A stretch of 64,000 nt of DNA, from positions 33,356,001 to 33,420,000 of the forward strand of contig OX597816.1 of assembly GCA_951406725.2 (NCBI GenBank), written 5' to 3'. Positions 37,766 to 51,821 of this stretch are shown one piece after another (within the stretch, counting starts at the first letter, position 1; each line of letters opens with the position of its first letter). Under the pieces are notes generated by a model. It made no database searches and was not told the DNA's origin. It saw only the letters and a program-made list of their open reading frames with translations. This stretch comes from Octopus vulgaris (taxonomy: Eukaryota). The position numbers and the translations under genes are program-made.

Positions 37766-39137
37766 TATATATATATTCTTTACTTGTTTCAGTCATTAGA
37801 TTGCGGTCATACTGGGGCACCACCTTCAAACCTTTTAGTCGAACGAATCTACCGAAGTACTTATTTTTTAAATCTGAAACTTATTCTCTCGAATCTTTTT
37901 CCGAACCGCTAGGTTAGCAGCAGTTTTTGTCAAGCGGTGGAGGGCACATACATACGTGTGTGTGTGTGCGTCCGTGTGTGTGTGTATGTGTGTGTTTGTG
38001 AGTGTGTGTGTGTGTGTCTGCGTGCTTCGTACGGTAAAAATATATCGGCATTTTATTTATAATTTCCAGTTATCAGCTGGTCCCATATATTTCATCCTTA
38101 ACAACTGGGATCAAAAATACAGGGGAAAATCATTCATTTGGTCTAACATACCCGCAGCCTCTCGATCCGCAACAAATAGCAGCAAAAATCTATCATAATG
38201 TATTTCGTTTTGTAAGGAAAGAACACATTGCGTAATGTTATTCTCTATAAGCATTAATACCAACAACTATTTATGATTATGTATGAATCGTCTGTCGAAA
38301 CGATTGCTTCTTGGCATTCGATTGACTACGTGCTGGAATTGTCTTTGATTAAAGTTGTCCTGGAGCTAAATAACATGAACAAGAACTACAACAACAGCAA
38401 TAGCTAGATATAAATATTTATTCTTGTTTAAAACGTGATATCTACTTATTAGATTTAAATTAGATTCACTGCGCCAATGTTTGTTTTAGTTGCCGGTGTT
38501 ATATGAATATAAGAACATCAAGTTTTCTAAAGGTTTACGGTTTATAATATTGCAAATCGAAATACAAAATATGAAGTGAAATACAGAATTCTGAAGAAGA
38601 CCATCGTTTGCTATCCAGCTGGTGTCGTGACATATACGTAATTTACACTCCAGTTTTGTTTAGGCAGCTGGTCGTTGGATACATTAGTGGAGTCTACTCT
38701 ACGACTAGCAATAGCGACGGGATTTTGGTTTTAGAGTAATTTGATATAATGATGCGTGGTTCGGTAATAAATCAAACGTTGCGATGTAGTTTCCTACTCA
38801 TAGTCATGATTCTAACTTTGATAATTATTAAAGATTAATAGGAAATGCTATTACGTTTGAGGGAAATATATGAAAATAAGCCCGCGGAATACATAATAAA
38901 TATTTAATTACATCTTTATATGTTTTTAATTGGACTATGCCAGTAGAAATAAGACCGTTTGTATAGAACGCAGTTAAGATCAGAATACGAAGCATATTAA
39001 GTTGTACGTGTTCTTCTGTACGACAAAATATTTGCAATTTAAGATAATTATAAAACAATCTGTTATTGTCACAATAAATACACCAGTGTCCTGTTTACAT
39101 ATGTATGGCATCACTTTGTGTGTCATTTTATACACAA

Positions 39138-39182
<45 letters not shown>

Positions 39183-39185
<3 letters not shown>

Positions 39186-39766
39186 GACGGGTACCCAAAA
39201 GTAAACGGTTACGTTTTCTGTTGGATAAGCCAGTTGTAGTTCTGGCTTTCGCCGCTGGAAGCCACTTAAAGTGATCCTCACGCATCAGTTTGCCAACCGG
39301 TGTCGTCGAGTGATGTCGTACTGCCATACGGTGTATTTTTGCTTTGCAGTGCTTCTACCCTGTTCGTTGATTTTTTCATTTGTTAAAACAAAGGAAAAGC
39401 GTGCTTTCATGACTTTCTGTTTTCTGCTGAGGAGAACGGAGGCCGAAACAGTTGTCATACATGAAACAGCTTACAAGGAAGCTGCCATGAACAAAACGCA
39501 AGTTTTTCTGTTCCCCTGTATGAAGAGAGACCTTAAAGGTAAAAGTTTTGAAGATGTGGAAGAAGTTAAGAAATTAAATCGACGGAGGCGTTAAAAAGTA
39601 TCACTTCACTAGGGCTCCAGGATCGCTTCGAAAGGTGAAAAACGCGTCTGGACTGATTCATTGCTTCAAATGGGGAACACTTGGAAGGCGATAAAAATGT
39701 AAACATGTAAGCTAAGTAAATAAAATAATATTTCAGAATTCCGTTTTCTCTGGGGTAAATCCTCGT
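39183..39766 (+). mobile_element. Internally deleted mariner element
   Basis: Decayed TIRs (gacgggtacccaaaagtaaacgg / ccgttttctctggggtaaatcctcg). N-terminus EKRAFMTFCFLLRRTEAETVVIHETAYKEAAMNKTQV is joined to C-terminus FLFPCMKRDLKGKSFEDVEEVK...ASNGEHLEGD. Confidence 0.88.
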
Positions 39767-39779
39767 GTGTGTGTGTGCA

Positions 39780-39827
<48 letters not shown>

Positions 39828-39828
<1 letters not shown>

Positions 39829-40103
39829 AGCCCTCCTTCGGTCATGACTGACTGTGGGATTGCACCCAGAATGTTACCCTCCCAGGGACAAGTCCGGGCA
39901 AGGTTGTTTATGGCAGACCATCAACGGCCAATACAGCTTGGCACCTGTGACGTCGCAACTCATATCTACAGCTGAGTGAACTGCAGCAACGTGAAATAAA
40001 GTGTCGTGCTCAAGAGCACAACACGCAGCCCGGTCCGGGATTCGAGCTCACAACCTCACGATCGTAAGCTAGACGCTCTCACCACTGAGCCACGCGCCTT
40101 CAC
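39828..40103 (-). mobile_element. SINE family C
   Basis: Head gtgaaggcgcgtggctcagtgg..gagctcgaatcccggaccgggctgcgtgttgtgctcttgagc. Confidence 0.85.
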
Positions 40104-40494
40104 ATGGAGGGTCAAAATTGGTCACACAAACAGGACAGTGAAAACAAGCAGGATTGAGGTTGTGGTGGCGAACGCGTAAATGAAGCTAGGAGGGGAAACA
40201 AACCAGAACACATTTTTTGTTCCAGCTACAACGGCGAGAAAGAAATAAAGTCGATGATCACGTGGGAGCCACGTGAGAAATGGAGGAGGAGGGGTGAGGG
40301 AGGGAGAGTGACAGAGTAATAGAATCAGAATAGTGGGAGGAGGAGAGATAAAAGAATAAGATAGAAAAAAGAGTAAAATGAAGTAAAACGATCTTATAGA
40401 TTACACATTAATTATTAAGATAAAATTTACTTGGAAGAGGATGCGTGGCGTTCAATCATATAATAATATGAATAACACACACACACACACACAC

Positions 40495-40585
<91 letters not shown>

Positions 40586-40678
40586 CATGTAATTATTATT
40601 TGAGGGAATGAAATCCAAACTTACAAGGAAAAAGAATTCAATTAAGAAATACTAAATCAAATTCCACACAATATAATA

Positions 40679-40915
40679 TATATATAAAATGTTAGAAAAA
40701 AATACCTTTTAACAATTTAAAATGAATAATTAGATTACACCATCTACAAAATTACATATAATAGAAAAGTTAAAATTGAAATAACAATTATATAGTAAAT
40801 TAAAAATTGTTATTTTAATTTTAACTTTTCTATTATATGTAATTTTCTAGATGGTGTAATTTATTTATTCATTTGGAATTGATAAAAGGTGGTTTTTCCT
40901 AATATCTTATATATA
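40679..40915. repeat. AT-rich fold-back inverted repeat (~110-bp arms)
   Basis: attacaccatctacaaaattacatataatagaaaagttaaaattgaaataacaatt vs aattgttattttaattttaacttttctattatatgtaattttctagatggtgtaat, between (TA)n tracts. Confidence 0.85.
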
Positions 40916-42224
40916 TATATATATATATACATATGTATATGTATATGTCTGCATTGTACATCAAAGATGGGTATATATAATGCAAAATTATTATTGTCAT
41001 AGGCATTTTTATTGCATTAACGACAGATATCCGAAACCTTGAAAATTTTAAAAGCAATCTAGATTTCTAACCTCTTGAGCAAATATTAGAGTACTTAGTT
41101 TATGTAATCACCACACACCGAAACGTCTGTATATATATTATTATTATTTTTTGTGTCTGAGATAATAATTTACCATAGCAAGAAAAGGAAAACTTAGGAT
41201 ATCAGCGAACCTTTTTACAATATTTAATAGTTGTTTGATTTAGAGAGCAATAGTTTTGACATTTAAATAGTTGTTGTCTGTCACGTTTCGTAGAAGTTTG
41301 CCTTTGCTCTGCGTATATCTACGGCATTGCGTTTGAATTATAGTTCTAGAAATAGCTCTGCTTGTTGGTGGAAAATACACAGACACTTTGGTAATAAATA
41401 ATTACCAACATATCTCTTCGTGGTAAAATAGAGAAGATAAGGTAAATTCGTTCTGGCGCGCTCACGTGTGTGTTTGTGTGCGTGTGTGGTTGTATGTGTG
41501 TGTTGTATGTGCGCATGTGTGCAGTGTGTGAATATTAGAGAATTTATAGAAATATATATATATTTTGCCATATTTGGAAATATTATTAGAAACAATATTA
41601 TCATTAACTTTCAGTGATTAATATATTTCCTCCCAGATGACTTGATCAATAAACAATGAAATGTTAAATGTCGAAGTGGTTATTAAGTTTGATACTGCTC
41701 TCACTCCCTCTCTTTCAGATAATATAAATATGTGTGTGTATATACATACATTTATACACACACATACATTTTTATACATATACACTAAATAAATATCTTG
41801 GAACATAATATATCTTGTGTCTCACGCATGATAGTATAACGTACATTCATTATGGTTTTCTGAAATATTATCAGAGAAAATATATTTCCACTATTGACTG
41901 CCTTTATGTTTTTGTCTAGGTTTTGATATAACTCATGAAACGGGGGTACATGTCGCTTCAATGTGCAAGTTTGTGGGTGCGGTTACTCTCTCAGCATGAA
42001 GCTGTGTATACCATAATCAATATATGTGGCTTAAGTGACTGAAACTTCGAAGTCAACAACATTCTTGTTTAAGAATAATCGCCCTACCACCGTACATATC
42101 TCTATGAGTGATTTAGAAATTTAATATTTCTGATTTTGGTAATTAGTGAATAAACTTCACTGAAAATTAGATATATACATTTACGGATCGGGACAGATAT
42201 TCGCGGTTGACGGGCGTCTGCTAC

Positions 42225-42271
42225 TCTAGACCGATGAAGGACAATGATCCTGAAACATGCGTGTCTCTAGA
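42225..42271 (+). ncRNA. Type I hammerhead ribozyme motif
   Basis: tctaga-CCGATGA-agga-caatga-tcct-GAAA-C-atgcgt-GTC-tctaga. Predicted cleavage after C42265; core has a U4C variant. Confidence 0.72.
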
Positions 42272-43102
42272 TGCAGGCCTGGCTGCTGGGGGTGTTTGTC
42301 TCCCCTTCGTAAATGCATATAAGGAAACAGGAATAATGTGTCAAAGCCATCAGGAAGCGTCGATGCTTCCTACGGCTAAACAGCGGTGGTGTAACCCCCT
42401 ACTGTCACGTTCACGTAAGATTGACAGTATACAACCATTCTATCGTCCCACCACCGTACATATCTCTATGAGAGATTTAGAAATTTAATATTTCTGAATA
42501 ATAAATTTGTACTCCAGAAAAGTATAGAGTAACACATCAGACTAATGTAAAATTGTTTTTTATGGCTGAATGTAAAAGAAACATTAACACACACACACAC
42601 ACATACATACATAAACACACAGTGGCTGAGTATCTCGTCGCTACCGGCCAATTTTCACAACAAACTACCTTTATCTCAATTATTATTTTTTTGTTCCATG
42701 TAAGACCGTGTCTTCTCCGACGGATAAGCTTCTTGATCAAAACAGATTTTTGCAATATTTGGAGCAATTTATGATGTATCGATAAATTAATGTTTTGTTT
42801 TTCTATTTGGTGCATAAAGATTTATCTTACCTGGCAGCTGATTGTCTTTCGACTTTGTCGCCATTATGAAATTCTTTACAAACAAACACACACGCATACA
42901 CACACACCCTGAGTGATATACATATACAATGTGTGTGGTAAATATATAGAGATGGGAGAGTATACTATAACAAAAAACGTGAATGAAAGAGATAGACAAA
43001 TAGTATGATAGTGTATGAGAGAGAGAGAGAGAAAATGAGAGAGAGAGAAAGAGAACGACAGAGAGGGAGAGATGGAGATAATGAGAGAGAGATGTTTTTT
43101 CA

Positions 43103-43338
43103 TTTCTTTATTGTCCACAAGGGGCTAAACATAGCGAGGACACACAAGGACAGACAAAGGGATTAAGTTGATTACATCGACCCCAGTGCGTAACTGGTAC
43201 TTAATTTATCGAACCCGAAAGGATGAAAGGCAAAGTGGACCTCGGCGGAATTTGAACTCAGAACGTAACGGCAGACAAAATACCGCTAAGCATTTCGCCC
43301 GGCTGCCAGGCGTGCTAACGTTTCTGCCAGCTCGCCAC
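43103..43338 (-). mobile_element. SINE family B
   Basis: Same head and central domain as the other B copies. Confidence 0.88.
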
Positions 43339-45417
43339 CTTAAGAGTGAGAGGGAGAGAGAGAGAGAGAGAGTGAGAGAGAGAGGTGGGGAGTAGGGTGC
43401 GTGAGAGATATACGTAGTGATAAAATTTGAGGTAAATATATATATAGAGAGAGAGAGAAAGAGAGAGAGAGTAGAAGGCGTAAAAGCGAGAGAGTCTAAT
43501 AGAGACAGATAGAGAGTAGTAGATTTGTCGATCTAAGAATTAAGTTATTTCTCGTAGCAAGTTACATTTTTTGATTAATTATAGCCAAAAACCTTGTTGC
43601 TGTGGCGTGGATTTCGAAAATCAAATTCATTCTCTTAAGGATGTGCTGTATTTGTTCTCCGGTTCACCGGTTGTGTACAATCTAGGGTACAACTTCCTCA
43701 CTACGCTGAGTGTTAGAATACTTGAATGTCATAGACAGGCGAAACAACGCACCTCTGACCCGTTCAGGAGTGATGAATACTGATATTTCGCTATTTTTGT
43801 GGCTTACCGATACCACGTACCCGAATCGAATCGCCAGTCGATGATTAATAACGAATCAAATGCAACGAGATCGAATCGAAAGAAATTTAACTTAGCATTC
43901 GAGTGATAGTCGAAACTTGTTACCGATGAGGTGGTAGAAACAGGGAACAGGTCGCAATATGGAATATATGTGTTTGGTATATGGAAGAAGGTAAAGAACA
44001 AAACGTTTTGAATAGAGCTCTTAACGAGATGATGGTGAAATGTTTAACATTCCAATTTGAGAAATGTATGAGAGCTTTTATAATCTGATTCTTTAGTTCT
44101 GCTTCTGCCTCATGCATATACACGCACAAATAAATGGATACACATGTACATGTATATATGCGTTTGTATGTGTATATACGGGCTGCATGTAAGCATAATT
44201 CATAAGAGAAAGCCATTACATATCCTAAAACACCCAAATATATTTGTAATGTTTATTGAACGCAAGACATATTGAAATTGGAACTGAGAGAAACGTTGGG
44301 AATGTAAGCAGGATGTGATGGAAGGACGATCAAAAAGTGTGTGTGTGGGGGGGGAGAGTGTTTGAGAACGAATGAGGGAAAGAAAATTTGAAAGACAGAA
44401 AAGCAAAGTTGAAGAATAGGAAGAAGTAGAGCTTAATATATTACTCTGGCTATGAGGGATTGTGCATACACACACACAGATAAATAGACACAGCCGCACA
44501 CGTATTGATAGGCACACATATATATTTGTGTCCATATGTGCGTGTGTATGTATATACATTTGCGCACATATGCAAATACATACGCGCGCACAAAACCTGT
44601 CAAGATGTACGTGTCTCTCCGTTTTATCTGTGCACATGTGTGTATGAACCTAAAGCCGTCTTTAATGTGATTATCTTTGAATGAACGTGTATTTATATCC
44701 ATACCTGAGTGTATGCAACTGTTTATATCTACGGATGTATATCTTTGCATTTATAAGCTGCAATATATATATTCTAAAACGGTTACAAGACGTGAGAGTA
44801 TATTAAATACCTTAATCTGTTACCTTAATAATATAAGACTGATTGATAAGGCGATTGGTCAGACATGACGTGTCATCAATTAAACGATTTGTTATTTCCA
44901 TATAATGCCTGTCAAGATTAAGTATTTATATTTGGGCCATCAGCGATCTACCTACCTGTGAACCACAGGAGAAAATCCATAGTTTTCTGTTGTCTTTACA
45001 TATTTCTTCCCAAGTTAGTAATATTGATTCCTGACATTGGCATAAGACCTCATGTTTAGGGAATAGTACTTATTGATTACTGAACGGTAACTCATCAACC
45101 ATCAAGGAAAAACTACTGTGATATTGACCTGTAATTTACCCCCTAAGAATGTAACCTTACGGCTGTTTTCCGCACTGTCGTAAATTCTCCTGTGACATCG
45201 ACCAGTATCTCATTACTTATAACAGTAATCCTATGATACCGATCAGATATTCACCACTACCAAGGTAACTGTCCCTTTGATAACCCTTTGAACCTCAGCT
45301 AAGAAATATTTCACACATCTGAATATATCAAATACTTGATGCCAACAAACGATGTGACACTCACCTCAAGGTGTCAGCTGTTGTTTTTATCGCTGTTAAT
45401 ATTGATGGTTTTGTTAA

Positions 45418-45640
45418 GGCGGCGAGTTGGAAAAATAGTTAACAAGCCGGGCAAAAATGTTTAGCGGCATTTTATCTCACTTTACGTTTTGTGTTCAAAT
45501 TCTGCCGAGTTCGATTTTGCATATCATTATATCCCTGTCTGGATCAGTGAAATTAGTATCAGTTGAGCACTGGGATCGACGCAATCGACTTAGCCTCTCC
45601 CTTAAAGTTTCTGATCTTGTGTCAGAATTTGAAACCAATA
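45418..45640 (+). mobile_element. Diverged SINE family B
   Basis: ggcggcgagttgg..ccgggcaaaaatgtttagcggcat..gttcaaattctgccgagttcgattttgc. Confidence 0.7.
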
Positions 45641-45830
45641 TCGACAGTGTATTCTTTGGCATTTCACCAGGTCAACCTTATTTTATAATTTACTAGGTCA
45701 GGAGAAATAACAACGCCAATGAGTTTTACAGAAAGTAGGATTAATGCCATGAATGTTGCCCTTAAATATAGTTAAGTGAATAAGTGCTTAAAAGATCTGA
45801 GTTGAGAGCAATTACAAAAGGTTGACAAAA

Positions 45831-45995
45831 GGCGTAAGAGTGGCTGTGTGGTAAGTAGATTGCTTACGAACCACATGATTCCGTGTTCAGTCCCACTGCG
45901 TGGCACCTTGGGCAAGTGTCTTCTAATATAGCCTCGGGCCGACCAAAGCCTTGTGAGTGGATTTGGTAGACGGAAACTGAAAGAAGCCCGTCGTA

Positions 45996-46042
<47 letters not shown>

Positions 46043-47265
46043 CGGGAAGCTTTATGAAAATAGACAAAAGACGAAGTCAGGTGGAAAACAAACAAACAAT
46101 TGTATTAGTATGGCGCTCAGGAAATATAAATAAAACAAGTCTTTAACGTTTCGAGCCTACGCTCTTCAACAGAAAGATACACAGAGAGAAAAAAAAACAC
46201 AGAAAGAAGGAGAGAAAAAAAATGCGTGCAGTAACTAACGAATCAACATGGCGATCTGATTTCGGCCAGAGGTCAAAGATCAAACATGAGACGCGAGAGC
46301 GAAATAAGGGGAGATAATAGGGTTAATAATAGGGTTGAATGACCAGCTCCAACATAAGGGTGAGTGTGTGTGTGTGTGTGTATGAGAGAGTATTAGTGCG
46401 TATGAGAGGTCTGGACGTGTGTATGTATAGGGCTGGTGTATGTATTAGTATGTATAAGGGTGTGTGTGTGTGTGTGTATGAGAGGTCTGGACGTGTGTAT
46501 GTATAGGGTTGGTGTATGTATTAGTATGTATTAGTACGTATTAGTACGTATTAGTATGTATAAGGGTGTGTGTGTGTGTGTATGAGAGAGTATAAGTGCG
46601 TATGAGAGGTCTGGACGTGTATATGTATAAGGTTGGTGTATGTATTAGTATGTATTAGTACGTATTAGTATGTATTAGTTGGTGTATGTATTAGTATGGC
46701 ACATCATATATGATGTGATGTGTAAAGTCGTGTGGTGTAGTGTGTAGAGAGAAGAGGGGGAGGGGGAGAAGATGGGGATGAGAGGAGGGGAGAGAGGGAG
46801 GAGGGGAGGAGGAAAGAGGGAGAGGGGGAGAGAGAGGGGGAGAGAGAAGGGGAGTGAGGGAGCAGAGGGAAGGGGAAGAGGGAAGGAGGGAGGGAGGGAG
46901 AGGGAAGAAGGGAAGGGGAGTAGGGGTGAAAGGATGAAGGACTGAAGAAGTAGGGGTCGGGGGGGGAAGTAGGGGGAGAGGGGGGTTAGATGAGGAGGGG
47001 GGGAGAGTTGAGACCAAATGGTGTATAAGAGCGTATATATGTGTGTGTGTGTGTGTGTGTGTTTATGTGTCTGTGCTTGTCCCTTCCCCAACATCACTTG
47101 ACAACCGATGCTGGTGTGTTACGTCCACGTAACTCAGCGGTTCGGCGAAAGAGACCGATAGAATAAGTACAAGGCTTACAAAGAATAAGTCCTGCGGTCG
47201 ATTTGCTCGACTAAAGACGGTGCTCCAGCATGGACACAGTCAAATGACTGAAACAACTAGAAGAA
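45831..47265 (+). mobile_element. SINE family A split by a ~1-kb insertion in its (TA)n tract
   Basis: 5' half at 45831-46040, 3' half at ~47030-47265. Confidence 0.88.
46041..47030 (-). mobile_element. Non-coding PLE-like insert with HHR motif, minisatellite and polypurine tract
   Basis: HHR-like motif at 46177-46140: tcttt-CTGTTGA-a-GAGC-gtag-GCTC-GAAA-CGTT-aaaga. Three tatgagaggtctggacgtgt.. units at 46360-46700 and a G/A tract at 46745-47005. A truncated relative of its end lies at 50970-51065. Confidence 0.65.
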
Positions 47266-47669
47266 TATACTAGGATGAAAAGCTAAGCATAATTAATAGT
47301 ACGGATTTTGTGGGTTAGATACAACAAGGCTAATTAAACCTGGACTGTATCCGTGAATAACTCTATGCCAGTCAGTTCGGGTGGCATTGTATTAGAAGCT
47401 TTCAATGTTGCTTGTGTATGTAGCAACAAAAGCAACGTCCCACATGTAAAAACACTACAAGATGGGCATAACATAAATGGGATCATAAAGAAAACGTGTG
47501 TATTTGTGAAGGAATAGAGAAGGAAAATTCAACTGCTTTGAATGAGTAGCTCAATCTATACTTAGCTTCAGTCACAAATTTATGGGTACACATGTAGAAG
47601 CACTGAAGTTTGAGAAAGAGGGCATATAGGACGGTACCCATGGGGTTAATACTTGCGAGGATGGTACAT

Positions 47670-48059
47670 ACTCTTTACTCTTTTACTCTTTTACTTGTTT
47701 CAGTCATTTGACTGCGGCCATACTGGAGCACCGCCTTTAGTCGAGAAAATGGACCCCGGGACATATTCTTTGTAAGCCCAGTACTTATTCTATCGGTCTC
47801 TTTTGCCGAACCGCTAAGTGACGGGGACGTAAACACACCAGCATTGGTTGTCAAGCAATGCTAGGGAGACAAACATATACATTTATATATATACATATAT
47901 AGGACAGGCTTCTTTCAGTTTCCGTCTAACAAATCCACTCACAAGGCATTGGTCGGCCCGGGTCTATAGCAGAAGACACTTGCCCAAGATGCCACGCAGT
48001 GGGACTGAACCCGGAACCATGTGGTTGGTTAGCAAGCTACTTACCACACAGCCACTCCT
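47670..48059 (-). mobile_element. SINE family A
   Basis: Reverse-complement copy with a (ctctttta)n tail. Confidence 0.9.
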
Positions 48060-48296
48060 GTATATGTATATATATATATATATATATATTATATATTATA
48101 CATATGTGTTACATATATTATATATATATATATATACTATACCTATATATTATATGTATATATTATTTATATACATATATATTATATATACATATATATT
48201 ACATATATTATAAATATATTAAATAGTATATATTATATATATATCATGTATATGAATGTGTATATATATGCGCGAGAAGGCTTCATAAAAATTTGT

Positions 48297-48328
<32 letters not shown>

Positions 48329-49099
48329 ACATCACTATAAATAGAGAGACCGATAGACAGATAGGTAAATAGATACTCTCCATATATTTATCGCACATTC
48401 GCTCTTGCATACATCATGCGCATGTCAGATATGAAAGATGCATACTTTTTCTATCTTGATTTTTTTTCACTAAGATTTGATTGTACGATTGTATCTGAAA
48501 AGAAACCTTATGAATAGAGAATAAAAAAAAAAAAAGAGAGAAAGAGAGAGAGAGTGAGAGAGAAAAGAGAGACTTCGCTCCCAGATACGGCATTCAAGCA
48601 ACACAAACGATTCCTTTTCTGTGTACGTTCAAAATCAACTATATAGCATCATTATTTCCATCATCATCATTACTCTCATTGATATTCTTCTCCCATCCTC
48701 ATTATCATCATCATCATCCAAAATATGATCATGAACGGCATCAATGTCATGATCATTCACATCATCATAACAACGTATTTATTTATTTATTTTATTTATT
48801 TATTCACCATCGCTTCTAAGCTATTCCCATCTACCAAAGTTTCACTGACAATATGTTGTTTTTTTCTCATTAAAATTTACTCATTCTCTCTACTCAGCAT
48901 TCTTCTTATTTGCATCAGCTGTTTCTTCGAATCTCACACTCCTGCTTTTCTTCCATTCAATTCCACCGACTTCCATCTGTTTTCATCTTATTTCAAATAC
49001 TTTCCTCTTTCTATCATATATGACGATACACGCTACTCATCTTGCACAGTCACATAACAGCTCACGGCCGTTCACTCTTCTTATACATCCACGTGAAGT

Positions 49100-50562
<1,463 letters not shown>

Positions 50563-50570
50563 TATTCATA

Positions 50571-50666
<96 letters not shown>

Positions 50667-50778
50667 CATGCATATACATATACACACACATACACATATA
50701 TGTATATATAAAGATACATATAAACAAACATATGTATATAAATATGCATATATATACATATGTATATATATAGATATT

Positions 50779-50831
<53 letters not shown>

Positions 50832-51068
50832 TATAATAATATATTATCCTATATTCCATAATCTGTCTTCCATTTATTATTTACCTAACGCTCACTCTGA
50901 TAGTGACCGTGCTTCACCAGTAACCTAAGGTGTAACCCATTCGTTTTATTATCCGTATGAATATATATATAGGGAGAGATAACGAAAAAAACAAAGACGA
51001 AAACAGGTGGTGTACAAAACAAACAGAAGTATTAATATAACACTCAGGAATTGAAAAAGTCTTTTATA

Positions 51069-51136
<68 letters not shown>

Positions 51137-51608
51137 TATATTCATATATCTATATGCATGTTTCTGTAGAATTCCCTAGAATTGCTAAATTGCAGAATAC
51201 TACACCTAAATGTAACATACACTTTAATATTATTTTTAACTGAAGGGATAAAAATACTAGTGCTTACATCGAATTTTACTAAGAATCTGAGCCTGCTGCA
51301 TCTTACATCAACGGATGATTTAAGAGGCAACATGCTTTGATTTATCATCTGAAAGATTAGATATGTGAAACTCGGAATATTCGTATTCTATATTTTTGTG
51401 TGTCATTCTAATGTAACTGGAGAATCTGCACGAACCTCAACTCCGAGGTTCGCGTTACTGATCTGCAAGTAGACGGCCGTCCAAAGTTCGATAAAATGAG
51501 ATTCAGAGTAACGATTAACTAAGATTATCAGCATCAATACATGAACATAACATAGAAACCTACACACTTGCGTGTATGTTATAGGTATACCTACATGCAT
51601 ACACACAC

Positions 51609-51676
<68 letters not shown>

Positions 51677-51704
51677 TTATATATATATATACACACACAC
51701 ACAC

Positions 51705-51748
<44 letters not shown>

Positions 51749-51777
51749 CATATATATATACATACATACACACACAC

Positions 51778-51821
<44 letters not shown>

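Noticed and set aside
46360-46700. CRISPR-like repeat-spacer array
   Set aside because: The spacers are themselves repetitive; this is a eukaryotic minisatellite with no cas genes.
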